The notes: generated by a model not told the origin, from the sequence alone. 64,000 nucleotides of DNA from Nitrospirales bacterium (GCA_036505795.1 DASXSU010000095.1:18242-82241), one strand, 5' to 3'; positions 1-9,380 are shown, counted from the stretch's first letter. Translations and numbers: made by a program.

Positions 1-1465
1 CCATCTCGGTCGTGGTCTTCGCGCTCTTCATGAGAAGACCGGTCAAGGGCGTGACGGTCAGCAGCACAAAGAGCACGACCAGCACCTGCGTCGTGGAAAA
101 ATAATTAATCCGGGTAATGGCCGGAACGAAATATCCCCACACCCCCAGAACGACGACGACGATGGCCGCCAGGCCGAGGATGACGCTCATCCCGGCCCTC
201 GCGGCCTTAGCCCACCCTGCGGTTTCCTGTTTCCCCGCGCGCCAATACATGATGAAACTCATAAATGTCACGAGGATCATCAAGTTCGCAACAGTCATTT
301 TCGCCGACATTACGCCGAACACACCCAGTAAGGGATGGTGCGTTCCGCCCATCTTGCGCGCCTCTTCGAGGCTAGCGACAAGTGAGTGAGGCGTCATCCA
401 TACCCCCAGGCAGACCAGAAGAATCACCAACATGGTCAGGATTGGGCGCCGGTATTTTGGCTCGGAGCCCGGAATGCGATACATGATGCCCATCCAAAAA
501 TAGTAATTGGCCCCCAAGAAGAGAACGCCGATCAACATGGCCTGAAGGATGAAGAGCCATGATAAAAAGCCCCCCATTAAAGTAATGCCCATTTGCTGGT
601 TGTATTGGTACACCTCCCGCATGAGCCAGTACCCGGCGAACGGGAGCGGCAACAATCCGAAGACTCCGATGAAGTTGCCGACATAGCCCATCCAGTCATA
701 ATGCACGCGCTCTTCCTGATTGGCCGCCATGATGTACCGCAGACCCGCATAGGCGCCGCAAATAAAGCCGCCCAGAACGACGTTCGCGATCAGGCGATGA
801 ATATTGACCGGCCACCAGGTGGGGTTCCAGGTTGCCGCCCAGGCTCTTGCCCACATGCTGCCCTCCCCGATCACCACGGGGCTCGCCTGAAACGTCGCCC
901 AGGAGTTCGGCACGATCATAATGAAAAACGCAAAGACGTTCAGGAGAAACCCCAAGAACAGGTGCATCCCCTTTTTTCTTCCTTGCATCGCGTCCCAGCC
1001 ATACCAGTACAGGTACAGCGTGGCCGTCTCCAGCAGAAAGAGGACACAGTAAAACACAAACGACGGAAAGAAGAGATCCGTCAGGTAGTTCATGAGCTTG
1101 GGATAGAGCCCGATCAACATAAATAACAGAATGCCGCCAAACAAGGCCGTGGTGGCGTAAGCGGAGGTCAAAAGCTTTGTGAATTCCTTCGCGAGCTTAT
1201 CGTAACGCGGATCCTTGCTCCGCACCCCTACGATCTCGCAGACCCAAGCAAAGATCGGCACACCCAGCACAAATCCGGCCAAGAGCAGGTGTTGCTGAGC
1301 CACGATCCAGATGAGATTCCGGCTGCCCAGTCCTGGGATGTCACGGTACTCAACGGCGGCTGCCGCCGGCGGGGCCTCCTGGGCGAAGCCTAAGGACAAC
1401 GGCGCCAATGTCAGGATCAGCATTAGAAAGAGAATAATGTATGGGATCACGTTACGACTACGCAT
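1..1465 (-). CDS. cytochrome bd-like oxidase, CydA-like membrane subunit (paralog B); C-terminus runs off the window edge
   Basis: Absent from the supplied ORF track. My reverse-strand translation from ATG 1465-1463 is open for 488 codons to position 2: MRSRNVIPYIILFLMLILTLAPLSLGFAQE...IWIVAQQHLLLAGFVLGVPIF...LLETATLYLYWYGWD...WWPVNIHRLIANVVLGGF...GGTHHPLLGVFG. It is collinear with the 601-aa protein at 5213-7018 and with the CydA heme-ligand regions. It starts 3 nt after the stop of the upstream gene. Confidence 0.8.
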   Translation of the reverse strand, partial: MRSRNVIPYIILFLMLILTLAPLSLGFAQEAPPAAAAVEYRDIPGLGSRNLIWIVAQQHLLLAGFVLGVPIFAWVCEIVGVRSKDPRYDKLAKEFTKLLTSAYATTALFGGILLFMLIGLYPKLMNYLTDLFFPSFVFYCVLFLLETATLYLYWYGWDAMQGRKKGMHLFLGFLLNVFAFFIMIVPNSWATFQASPVVIGEGSMWARAWAATWNPTWWPVNIHRLIANVVLGGFICGAYAGLRYIMAANQEERVHYDWMGYVGNFIGVFGLLPLPFAGYWLMREVYQYNQQMGITLMGGFLSWLFILQAMLIGVLFLGANYYFWMGIMYRIPGSEPKYRRPILTMLVILLVCLGVWMTPHSLVASLEEARKMGGTHHPLLGVFGVMSAKMTVANLMILVTFMSFIMYWRAGKQETAGWAKAARAGMSVILGLAAIVVVVLGVWGYFVPAITRINYFSTTQVLVVLFVLLTVTPLTGLLMKSAKTTTEM

Positions 1466-1468
1466 GAC

Positions 1469-2290
1469 CTATTTCCCCTTGTGCTCGGGCTTCTTCCCTT
1501 CCTTCTTTTCTTTCGCTTTTTCCTGTTCCAACGTATGCAGGACGGCTTCGGCTTGCACCAGAGATGTTTCAGTCTGCCTGAGCATCTCCTCGGGCTTCAT
1601 GGGCTTAGCTACCTTGGCAACCTTGGGTTTATACTCTTCGGAAGGGTGCGGGGTCGTCACCGGCAACACGATCCAAAATGCGATGGTCAGAAGAACGACT
1701 ACTCCGGCGAACGAGATAAATAGCAACCCCTGATCTCGCGGCACCCGAGCATAATCCCAGCGGCGGACTCTCTCCGAGAGCGGGGCAGTCGTCCGGCGCC
1801 CGGTGGATGTCACGGTGGCCTTAATCCGCCAGCCATAAACTTGTAAGGCGACCGCTCCAACCAGCACCGCAACGATCACGGTCGGAATGCTCCATAACAA
1901 CAGTTCCAGCGTGATCTGTTCGGCGATTGGAAATTGCGGAAACAGTTTTTTGATCCCCGCGATGATACTGGCTGCGAGCGATTTCCCGACCGACACCGCG
2001 GCGCCGACGGCGAAATAGGAGGCCACCCCAAAAGCGACCACGATTACGGCGCCTTGCCACCACAACGCCAGGCCGATCGGTCCCTCCAGCTCCAGGCCAT
2101 GCCGCTCCAGAAAGTACGTCCGCGCGGTCAGCCCAAGGGCCCAGATATCTATAGGGATCGAGACGATAAGCAGCGCCGTCAGGCCGGGCCCTTCCCAGGG
2201 ATGAATCTGCATGGCCAGCAGGAGCACGGCCACGATCATCTTGAGAGGAAACCCGGTCCAAAAGGCGGACCAGCAAATGGCCCAGCCCAC
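1469..2290 (-). CDS. polytopic membrane protein of unknown function with a Lys/Glu-rich C-terminal tail, embedded in the respiratory operon
   Basis: 273-aa ORF with several hydrophobic helices (LLLAMQIHPW, AVIVVAFGVASYF, VIVAVLVGAVAL, LLFISFAGVVVLLTIAFWIV) and the tail EQEKAKEKKEGKKPEHKGK. It sits between cytochrome b and oxidase B with gaps of 43 and 3 nt. I recognised no family. Confidence 0.6.
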   Translation of the reverse strand: MGWAICWSAFWTGFPLKMIVAVLLLAMQIHPWEGPGLTALLIVSIPIDIWALGLTARTYFLERHGLELEGPIGLALWWQGAVIVVAFGVASYFAVGAAVSVGKSLAASIIAGIKKLFPQFPIAEQITLELLLWSIPTVIVAVLVGAVALQVYGWRIKATVTSTGRRTTAPLSERVRRWDYARVPRDQGLLFISFAGVVVLLTIAFWIVLPVTTPHPSEEYKPKVAKVAKPMKPEEMLRQTETSLVQAEAVLHTLEQEKAKEKKEGKKPEHKGK

Positions 2291-2333
2291 CTTGATGGAT
2301 GAGACGCTCTCGACCGCGTGATCTGTGGTTCCG

Positions 2334-3419
2334 TTAATCGAGATACTCCCGGTTCAGGATTGCCGAGATCGTCAAGACCACGATGCCGATCATGACCACC
2401 GCCCAGGAGACAAGGGCAACGGGCCGCTTGAAGATGTCTCGTTCGGGGCTGCGATCGATAAAGGGCAACGCCGCTAGGAGCAGCATGAACAGCGTCGGGA
2501 TCGCGATGGCGGCCATGAACTGCCCCAACTCGCCTGAAAACATTTTCCAGCGGAGCAGCTGAAACAGGAAAAGGAAATACCATTCCGGCTCGGGATGATA
2601 ATCCCCCGGGTCCGGTGTCGCCTCCTGCAGCAATTCAACCGGTTCAATCAGCGCGAGCGCTGAGATTGTCAGGAAGACCGCCGCCATCGCGATGATGTCC
2701 TTCCATACCTGGCGCGGGAAAAAGAAGTCCGTTTTGACCTTCAGTTCCTCAGTTGACCCGCGGAACGGCCCCGCGGGGCCGGCTGACCGGAAGAAAAAGA
2801 GGTGCAGCCCCGCCAACCCCATCAAGGCGGCCGGCAAGACCATGACATGGATCACGAAGAATCGGCTTAGCGTCATCTGACCCGGTGTCGGGCCGCCCTT
2901 GAGGAATCGCGCCAGAAAGTCTCCCACGACCGGAGTCTTATCCATGATCTCCACGCCGACGGTGGTGGCCCAATACGCGCGCTGATCCCAGGGCAGGAGA
3001 TAGCCGGTGAAACCGAACGCCATCACAAGGCCGAAGAGCGCCAAGCCGACAAGCCAGACCATCTCGCGCGGCTTTTTATACGCGCCCCACAGAAAGACCT
3101 GGGACATGTGCGCAAAGACTATTACGACCATCGCCGACGAGCCCCAGAAATGATAGCTCAAGATGAACCAGCCGTAGTCGACCTCATGCAGAATGTACTG
3201 AGTGCTGGCATACGCATGATCCGCGCTCGGGATGTAATAAAACATCAACAAAATGCCGGTGACCACCTGCATGATAAAGATGAACAGCAAGACCGACCCG
3301 AAGACATAGGCCCACCGCGATCCGCCTTTGATCGGCTCGTTCATCATCTTCGTCTCGATCGACTTCAAGCCGATCCGCTCATCCACGAAGTCATAGACTT
3401 TTTGGGCGACGGCGTTCAT
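2334..3419 (-). CDS. cytochrome b of a bc/b6f-type complex (fused b6 plus subunit IV-like)
   Basis: 361 aa. RWAYVFGSVLLFIFIMQVVTGILLMFYY, HFWGSSAMVVIVFAHM, GYLLPWDQRAYWAT and RFFVIHVMVLPA are the classic cytochrome b heme-His and PEWY-region context. Its start overlaps the Rieske stop at 3419. Confidence 0.92.
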   Translation of the reverse strand: MNAVAQKVYDFVDERIGLKSIETKMMNEPIKGGSRWAYVFGSVLLFIFIMQVVTGILLMFYYIPSADHAYASTQYILHEVDYGWFILSYHFWGSSAMVVIVFAHMSQVFLWGAYKKPREMVWLVGLALFGLVMAFGFTGYLLPWDQRAYWATTVGVEIMDKTPVVGDFLARFLKGGPTPGQMTLSRFFVIHVMVLPAALMGLAGLHLFFFRSAGPAGPFRGSTEELKVKTDFFFPRQVWKDIIAMAAVFLTISALALIEPVELLQEATPDPGDYHPEPEWYFLFLFQLLRWKMFSGELGQFMAAIAIPTLFMLLLAALPFIDRSPERDIFKRPVALVSWAVVMIGIVVLTISAILNREYLD

Positions 3420-4345
3420 TACGCGATCCGAACCTGATCGTTTTTTCCGGCCTTGTACTCGATATCGATGACCTCGATCTCACCGGCGGCGGAGACTTTG
3501 ATCGGCAGAAGGTCGAGCGGCCGCGGAGCCGGTCCATCGAGGACCTTGCCGGTCACGTCATAGATGCTCAGGTGGCAGGGACACAAGAACACCTGTCCAA
3601 GGACTCTGTGGGAGCGCCATTTATAGCCGCAACCCAGGTGGGGGCATTTTCCGGAGTATGCGACATACGGCATCGTCGCCTTATTCACCCAGACGACGTT
3701 GCCCTCATTGTCGAAGAAGTTGACGTCACCGTGGGGGTAGATTTTCTGGAGAACCTCCGGGCTGGCCTTGACTACCCAGTTACTCTTATCATCCTCGCGG
3801 GTCAGCACCGAATCTTTGACGCTTTTTTTGAAGATGAACTGCACGCCGACATTTTCCTGTTTGATCTTGCTGATGTTGCCGACCTTCCACCAACGGTTGT
3901 CGAAGCGCGCATACATCGGTTTCATGATATAGCGGAGCACCGGCCAGATCAGCGGGAGTCCGATGAGCACGCCCATGAGAGTCGTAAATCCCGCGAAAAA
4001 CCTGCGTCGTGGAACGCTCCTCTCCAGTTCGGGGAACGGAACGAATACTTTGCCGCACTCGACATCGACCTTTTCTTCTAGATGAGGAATTTCTATTTCT
4101 TTGGAGCTCAGAAAATTTTCGCGGGCGAATATCGGAAACTCCGCGAGTTGGGCCGAACTGCAGAGCAGGTCGACGGAATCCTCCCGTGTCGTGCCAACAG
4201 CCGTCATCGGCACCTGGCGCTCGGTGCCGTTCACTCTCACAACGATGTGGCTGAGCTCAAGGGAGAGAGGATCGGCGATGACATGGGCCACTTCCCCGGC
4301 GACCCCGTCGGTACAGCGAACCTTGGACTTGATGTGGGGCTGCAT
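3419..4345 (-). CDS. Rieske [2Fe-2S] protein with an N-terminal PRC-barrel-like extension
   Basis: 308 aa. Rieske boxes are CPHLGCG and CPCHLSIY. An internal twin-arginine motif and TM helix (SVPRRRFFAGFTTLMGVLIGLPLIWPVL) lie near aa 110. The N-terminal ~75 aa (VRCTDGVAGEVAHVIADPLSLELSHIVVRVNGTERQVPMTAV) look like a PRC-barrel. Confidence 0.88.
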   Translation of the reverse strand: MQPHIKSKVRCTDGVAGEVAHVIADPLSLELSHIVVRVNGTERQVPMTAVGTTREDSVDLLCSSAQLAEFPIFARENFLSSKEIEIPHLEEKVDVECGKVFVPFPELERSVPRRRFFAGFTTLMGVLIGLPLIWPVLRYIMKPMYARFDNRWWKVGNISKIKQENVGVQFIFKKSVKDSVLTREDDKSNWVVKASPEVLQKIYPHGDVNFFDNEGNVVWVNKATMPYVAYSGKCPHLGCGYKWRSHRVLGQVFLCPCHLSIYDVTGKVLDGPAPRPLDLLPIKVSAAGEIEVIDIEYKAGKNDQVRIA

Positions 4346-4379
4346 ATGACGTTTATCTGTTACGCGCGATAGTCTACTG

Positions 4380-5210
4380 CTACTTCTTGATCGGTTTCGG
4401 GGTCTCCACGGCGCTATCCTTTAACGTCCCGAGATATGCGACAAGCTGATCGATCTCCTGATCCGACATCAATTCCTTGTACTTGTCCGGCATAAGCTTC
4501 TTGTTATATTCCTTTTCGAAGCCCTCGGCCATGTAGGCGCGGGGATTTAAAATTTTCTCCTTGAGCTCCTCGGGCTTCATCAGATTGCCGACATTGTCAA
4601 GATGAGGGCCTCGCTTCTTCAGACCGCCCTTGCCGCCTACCTTGTGACAGTTATAGCATTCCTGTAGATCGTACTGCTCCTGCCCAAGCGCCACGAGATT
4701 ACCCCCCGCCCCGCCTGCTTTGGGAATTCCGGGTTGGGCGCCTTTCGCTCCCGCTTCGCTCTCCTTAATTTGCGCGCCGCCGAGGGTCTCAAGCCGCTTG
4801 AGAATGGCGTGGCTTTGCGCGGTGAGCTCCTCCGTGCGTTTCAGCAGCTCATCGACCTTCCCTTTTTCCGTTGCCGCCATTTTCGGTTTGACGATTTTGT
4901 CGATCTTGCCCTTCTCAACTTGGGGATCATATTGCGGGAGTATAGTGGCCCCCGCGATAAAGACGCCCGAGATCACGGCATAAAAGAAGACAAGCGCGAC
5001 GACGGCCTTCAGCCCGTCGACCCGCGTCACCGGCGGGGCGTCGAGCAGAATGTACACCACCGTGCCCAAGAAGGCGTAAAACACGAACATGATCTGAAAT
5101 ACCTGGGGAAAGTGCATCAGGCGGGCAGCGATCACGAGCACGATCGCCGCGATGGCTCCCATCGCGATTCGGGAGACCAACAACCTTAACAGACTCTTAG
5201 GTGACGGCAT
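4380..5210 (-). CDS. membrane-anchored monoheme c-type cytochrome (class I)
   Basis: 276 aa with N-terminal TM helices, a coiled linker and a C-terminal domain carrying a single CxxCH (ECYNCHK). A distal Met context follows (KKLMPDKYKELMSDQEIDQLVAYL). It lies 2 nt downstream of oxidase A. Confidence 0.85.
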   Translation of the reverse strand: MPSPKSLLRLLVSRIAMGAIAAIVLVIAARLMHFPQVFQIMFVFYAFLGTVVYILLDAPPVTRVDGLKAVVALVFFYAVISGVFIAGATILPQYDPQVEKGKIDKIVKPKMAATEKGKVDELLKRTEELTAQSHAILKRLETLGGAQIKESEAGAKGAQPGIPKAGGAGGNLVALGQEQYDLQECYNCHKVGGKGGLKKRGPHLDNVGNLMKPEELKEKILNPRAYMAEGFEKEYNKKLMPDKYKELMSDQEIDQLVAYLGTLKDSAVETPKPIKK

Positions 5211-5212
5211 GC

Positions 5213-7018
5213 CTACTCCACCCCAGCAATTGCCGGCATGGCCTTCGGCGAAGCAGCATGCGCCTTCTCTTTACCGGTCTTCAGGGTCAAGATAATGGCA
5301 AAACTGACGATGATGTAAAAGGTGACTGTAATACCGGTGATCATCCAGCTGGAATAGCCCAAAGTCGGCGTGAACGACTCATTCGTAAAATCGTACTGAA
5401 GATTAAATACGTGAAAATACTTGCGCGTCAATTCCCGGACCGCGCCCATCAGCCCCATGGTCCAGATGGCGCTGAAGGCCAGGAATACCAATACAAACTG
5501 AGAGATAAAATCAATCTTGCCCCACACGATCCGCCCCGTGCGCAAGGCGCGGTTGTAAAGGATATAGTTCACGATTGTCACGAACACCAGCGTGAATGCG
5601 GCGGCGTTCTTGGCCGGCATCAGTGCGAGCATGTCCCATGAAACCGTGCCGAAGAAGCCCAGGTGCACCTCCCCGTGAGGCAGGCTGAGCGATCCATCGT
5701 CCGGAGCCAAGGCCTGTGTGGCAACAAACGCATGGGGGGTCATCCAGATCGCGTTCCCGATGATCACCATGAGGAAGGCAACCTTGACCATTGTCTGAGC
5801 AGAAACCGTCCAGGGTGTGATCTTTGCGATGATTAACCATACGATGACGTAAGCGGCCGGCGCGACCAACGACATGATGTCGGGAATGGGCCATTTGGAC
5901 CACATCAACATGAAGACCACCGGCACCGTGATCATTAACAGCATCGTAGCCGCCGACATCCGAATACGCTCTAGGCCTTCAATCCGTTTCATGCTCAGCC
6001 AGATATAGTAGTTACTGGCCAGAAAGATGAGCCCGACCATCGCCCCCTGCATCTCAAAGAACATCGACAACTGATCGGCCATCATGTACGGACAGATCGA
6101 GGCATCGTAATCGCAGAGCTCATACGCCAGCAGGTACCCGGCGAACGGCAACAGCAACAACGCGCCGACCCCGATCATATTGCCCACAAAACCAAACCAA
6201 TCGTAGAAGGCCCGGTCCTCATCGGTCTTCGATGCCATAAACATATACGCCGCGATCAACCCGGCGATGAACCCGCCGAACACCACATTGCCGACGGTCC
6301 GATGGATATTTAACGGCCACCAACTGTAGTTGTTGATCTTGTCCCACAGTGTCGCCACGGTCTCAATGTAAGTTTTGAGATCTATCCCTCCCTCCGTGGC
6401 TTTGACCGGGGTGTTCATGAACGAGGTAGGGCCGTCGATCACGAAGAGTGTGATAATCCCGATAACATTGAGGAGGACTCCGAGGGCGATATGGCGCATC
6501 TTCTTCGGGCCTTGCAATGCGTCCCAGGTATACCAGTACAGGTAGAGAACGATCGTCTCGCCGATGAATAACAGCGGGTAGATGATCGCGAAGAGCGCGA
6601 AGAAGTGATTGACCAGCCAGATGGTGAACTGGCCATAAGTCGCGAGCAGCACAAAGATGAAGAGCCCTCCCGTCAGGGCGGTCATGCTGTAGAGAATGAC
6701 CGTGACCTTGGTAACCTCTTTGGCTAATCGCTCGTAGCGCCCGTCTGCGCTCTTCCATCCCAGAAATTCACTGATGACGATGAAGATCGGCGCGCCGAGG
6801 ATGAAGGCGGCGAACAGGATGTGCAGCTGGGCCACGACCCAGACGGCTGCGCGATTGCCGCCCCAGGGGAAACTATGCGCTTTGGGTTCCGGCAATTGGG
6901 CGTATGCGGCGGCTCCTCCAATGAGCAGAAGGCCTACGGCAATGAGAAGAGATCGGGGGAAAAGCGTGCTCCATTGAATGTTTCTTTCAGGCACCACAGG
7001 CGCTCTCTTCATCGTCAC
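5213..7018 (-). CDS. cytochrome bd-like oxidase, CydA-like membrane subunit (paralog A)
   Basis: 601 aa and polytopic. VVAQLHILFAAFILGAPIF matches the CydA helix-1 His, LFIGETIVLYLYWYTWD the conserved Glu, and WWPLNIHRTVGNVVFGGF the heme b558 His equivalent. There is no long Q-loop and no adjacent cydB. Confidence 0.85.
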   Translation of the reverse strand: MTMKRAPVVPERNIQWSTLFPRSLLIAVGLLLIGGAAAYAQLPEPKAHSFPWGGNRAAVWVVAQLHILFAAFILGAPIFIVISEFLGWKSADGRYERLAKEVTKVTVILYSMTALTGGLFIFVLLATYGQFTIWLVNHFFALFAIIYPLLFIGETIVLYLYWYTWDALQGPKKMRHIALGVLLNVIGIITLFVIDGPTSFMNTPVKATEGGIDLKTYIETVATLWDKINNYSWWPLNIHRTVGNVVFGGFIAGLIAAYMFMASKTDEDRAFYDWFGFVGNMIGVGALLLLPFAGYLLAYELCDYDASICPYMMADQLSMFFEMQGAMVGLIFLASNYYIWLSMKRIEGLERIRMSAATMLLMITVPVVFMLMWSKWPIPDIMSLVAPAAYVIVWLIIAKITPWTVSAQTMVKVAFLMVIIGNAIWMTPHAFVATQALAPDDGSLSLPHGEVHLGFFGTVSWDMLALMPAKNAAAFTLVFVTIVNYILYNRALRTGRIVWGKIDFISQFVLVFLAFSAIWTMGLMGAVRELTRKYFHVFNLQYDFTNESFTPTLGYSSWMITGITVTFYIIVSFAIILTLKTGKEKAHAASPKAMPAIAGVE

Positions 7019-7048
7019 CGCTCCCTGTTATCCGATGTCGCGCCGCGC

Positions 7049-7633
7049 TTACTTGCCGTCTTTTTTCGGCGAGTCGCTAGGCTTCGACGCGGGCGCGCCT
7101 CCCACCGGCTTGGGTTCACCGGCGGGCACATCGGGACTCGCAACCGGCGCCGCTTTCCCGATCTGGTCCGCTTGAACCCACTGTTTGGTTCCCGGATCCC
7201 ATCCCAGGCCCTTTAATCCGAAGTTGTGCTCATAGGCCATGGCTTTCCAACGATCCTCTTCGCTCAACTTGCTTTTCCAGGCCTTCATCTTGGTGTTCGG
7301 CACGCCTTCAGAAATCCGCCAGAACCACACACTGTCGGAATACAGCTTCATCCGCTCCGATTTGCGGAAGTCGCGGGCGCCGGCCTTGACCGGCTTGCCG
7401 TCCTTGCCGTGACAGGAGGAGCAGTTCACATCGATATTCTTCACCCCTTCAAAGATCTCTTTGCCCTCGGCGATGATCTTTTCGTCGGTCCACCAACCGG
7501 CCGGCATGTGTTTGTCCGCGTATTCAGGCGGCGCGGGCGGCGGCGGAGCGGTACTTTCCTGCTCTTCCGCGCAGCCGCCCAGAAATGCTCCATATCCTAG
7601 AAGCATGACTCCCAGCAGGTATCGGATCTTCAT
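7049..7633 (-). CDS. lipoprotein monoheme c-type cytochrome with a Pro-rich C-terminal tail
   Basis: 194 aa with a signal peptide and lipobox (LGGCA) and a single CxxCH (NCSSCHGKDG). A Met-ligand region (VPNTKMKAW) and the tail PVASPDVPAGEPKPVGGAPASKPSDSPKKDGK follow. It is the first gene of the operon. Confidence 0.85.
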   Translation of the reverse strand: MKIRYLLGVMLLGYGAFLGGCAEEQESTAPPPPAPPEYADKHMPAGWWTDEKIIAEGKEIFEGVKNIDVNCSSCHGKDGKPVKAGARDFRKSERMKLYSDSVWFWRISEGVPNTKMKAWKSKLSEEDRWKAMAYEHNFGLKGLGWDPGTKQWVQADQIGKAAPVASPDVPAGEPKPVGGAPASKPSDSPKKDGK

Positions 7634-7823
7634 ACAACCTCAAGCTCCTTTCTCAGACATCCCGAGAGAACGGGGTAGATTCGGCCATTCATCAGGACTC
7701 GTTTGGCATACTGCCGGGGGTTCATCGAGTCTGGCCGCTTTTCTTTCTCACAATCTCACAAAAAAGACGCTTTCCCGGAGAGCCGCGGCTTCTACGGCAA
7801 AAGCGCCCTGTTCAATTCCTCAT

Positions 7824-8378
7824 TTACGCTTTTCGCTTCTTGCCTCGTCGCTTCCCTTGGTTTCTTGCCTTCGGCTTTCGCCACCAGACAATTGCCCCCA
7901 CGGCCCCGGCCACCACAATCCCGACAATGATAGGGCGCCAGTAGCCGTTTTCCGGGACCTGTCCTACCGGAACCGGGCCGATATTCACCGTCGTCTGGCG
8001 TTCTGTTTTCAGGTCGTTCGGGCTGAATTCCGCACGAACCGTCTTCGCTTCTTCTAGTCCGAGCTTCTCCTCAATGGCTGTAATCTGAACAGGGTCTCCT
8101 GCATTACCATTATGCAGGTGAATGACCGCTTTATAATATCCGGACCCATCCGTGTAGGTCGTAACCGCTTCAACCGACTGATCCCTCAAATCTCGGACAT
8201 GAACTCGGGCATCCCCTACGGGCTTGCCCTGCTTGTCGTATACGTACCCGGATACCGTGAACCGGTGATCCGTTTCGTGCATGGCAGACGCCTGGCACGG
8301 ACTACCGAGCTCGACAGCACACAATCCCACAAGGCTGAAAAAGACCGCCGCGAGCTTTCGGGGCAGTCCTCCAGGCAT
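7824..8378 (-). CDS. secreted, C-terminally anchored protein with a carboxypeptidase-regulatory-like (Ig-like) domain
   Basis: 184 aa with a signal peptide. VSGYVYDKQGKPVGDARVHVRDL...TYTDGSGYYKAVI is the typical CarboxypepD_reg pattern. A C-terminal TM helix (IIVGIVVAGAVGAIVWW) is followed by a basic tail. Confidence 0.55.
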   Translation of the reverse strand: MPGGLPRKLAAVFFSLVGLCAVELGSPCQASAMHETDHRFTVSGYVYDKQGKPVGDARVHVRDLRDQSVEAVTTYTDGSGYYKAVIHLHNGNAGDPVQITAIEEKLGLEEAKTVRAEFSPNDLKTERQTTVNIGPVPVGQVPENGYWRPIIVGIVVAGAVGAIVWWRKPKARNQGKRRGKKRKA

Positions 8379-8516
8379 TACACGTACACTAATCGCAAAA
8401 CCCCGCCAAAGTGCGGCCTATCTAACATAGGCCACCAGCGTTGTCAATCACTTCTTGGGTTTCTGCGAGACGTGCGGCATTGACAGTCTTCGCCCGGTCA
8501 TTTAGCCTCCTCAGCG

Positions 8517-9275
8517 GTGAAGAAGATCAAGCGAAAAGCAGTTCACCAGGAACTGAAACTGCCGACATTTCTGATAGGGTATGCCGCTCCAGAGCCTCTT
8601 CCCCCGGGCTTTCTATCGGCCTGGTTTAATCAAGAGTACGGTGGACCCCTTCACATCCAGCTGACGTCGGGTGAAAACAGCACAATCTTCGAGGCCGTCC
8701 ATGGGCCATGGGCCGCGTCGGCCGATACCAACTTGCCTCCTGCGATCGGAAACCCCTGGCATGAACGGCTGGGCTGGGGTCACAGCCGGGCCGCTCAGGT
8801 TCTTCCGCTTCGCCTCGCCGGCCGGGACACTCGGGATCTCATATTAATGGTGACACGGCTGGCACGCGGACTCACCTTGCTCACGGGCGGCACCGCCTAC
8901 GATACGGCAACGGGGACCTATTTAAATCCCTCGGACTGGAGCGATCGTCCGTTGCGCGCCTTTGAGATCACGGACCATCTCCGGATTGAGGAGGTCAGCG
9001 GGCGCGAGGATGGTCGGGTCTGGTTTCACACGCGCGGCCTTGCAAAATTCGGTCTCGAAGACATCGAGATCTACCGTCCGGTTGGGCTTTCCGAGAAACC
9101 GGTGATTGAGATGATGACCGAGATGGCGGAGAGTCTGATCGACCTCGGTAAGGCCCCGAACGTCGGCGAAGCCCTGACGTTGAGCAACGGCCGCTCAGTT
9201 CGTATCATCCGCCACCGGACCGATCAGTCATATGGCATTCGCTTGAACCTGAGGGAAGTCGAGTGGGCGCCGTAG
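8517..9275 (+). CDS. hypothetical cytoplasmic protein
   Basis: 252-aa ORF with a GTG start and clean coding appearance, and no strong competing ORF. I could not name a family with confidence; the C-terminal part (WFHTRGLAKFGLEDIEIY) may resemble a DUF4261-type domain, unverified. Confidence 0.5.
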   Translation: MKKIKRKAVHQELKLPTFLIGYAAPEPLPPGFLSAWFNQEYGGPLHIQLTSGENSTIFEAVHGPWAASADTNLPPAIGNPWHERLGWGHSRAAQVLPLRLAGRDTRDLILMVTRLARGLTLLTGGTAYDTATGTYLNPSDWSDRPLRAFEITDHLRIEEVSGREDGRVWFHTRGLAKFGLEDIEIYRPVGLSEKPVIEMMTEMAESLIDLGKAPNVGEALTLSNGRSVRIIRHRTDQSYGIRLNLREVEWAP

Positions 9276-9380
9276 CGCGAGCCCGCAACCGTTGACACCC
9301 GACCGCGCGGGCCGCGATCGTCGTGCCGAAGGGCTCATTAGATATATGTGGTCTGCAGGGTACCCGTATCGCCCATCAGG

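Noticed and set aside
593-1126. 177-aa + strand ORF, and other + strand ORFs in 117-1733, listed in the track
   Set aside because: They are antisense to a 488-codon open frame with clear CydA-like homology. Their translations are Arg/Pro/His-rich low-complexity sequence, typical of the wrong strand in GC-rich DNA.
5511-6921. Several 65-131-aa alternative-frame ORFs within bd-like oxidase A
   Set aside because: They are embedded in the 601-aa membrane protein frame, and their translations are Arg-rich and non-hydrophobic.
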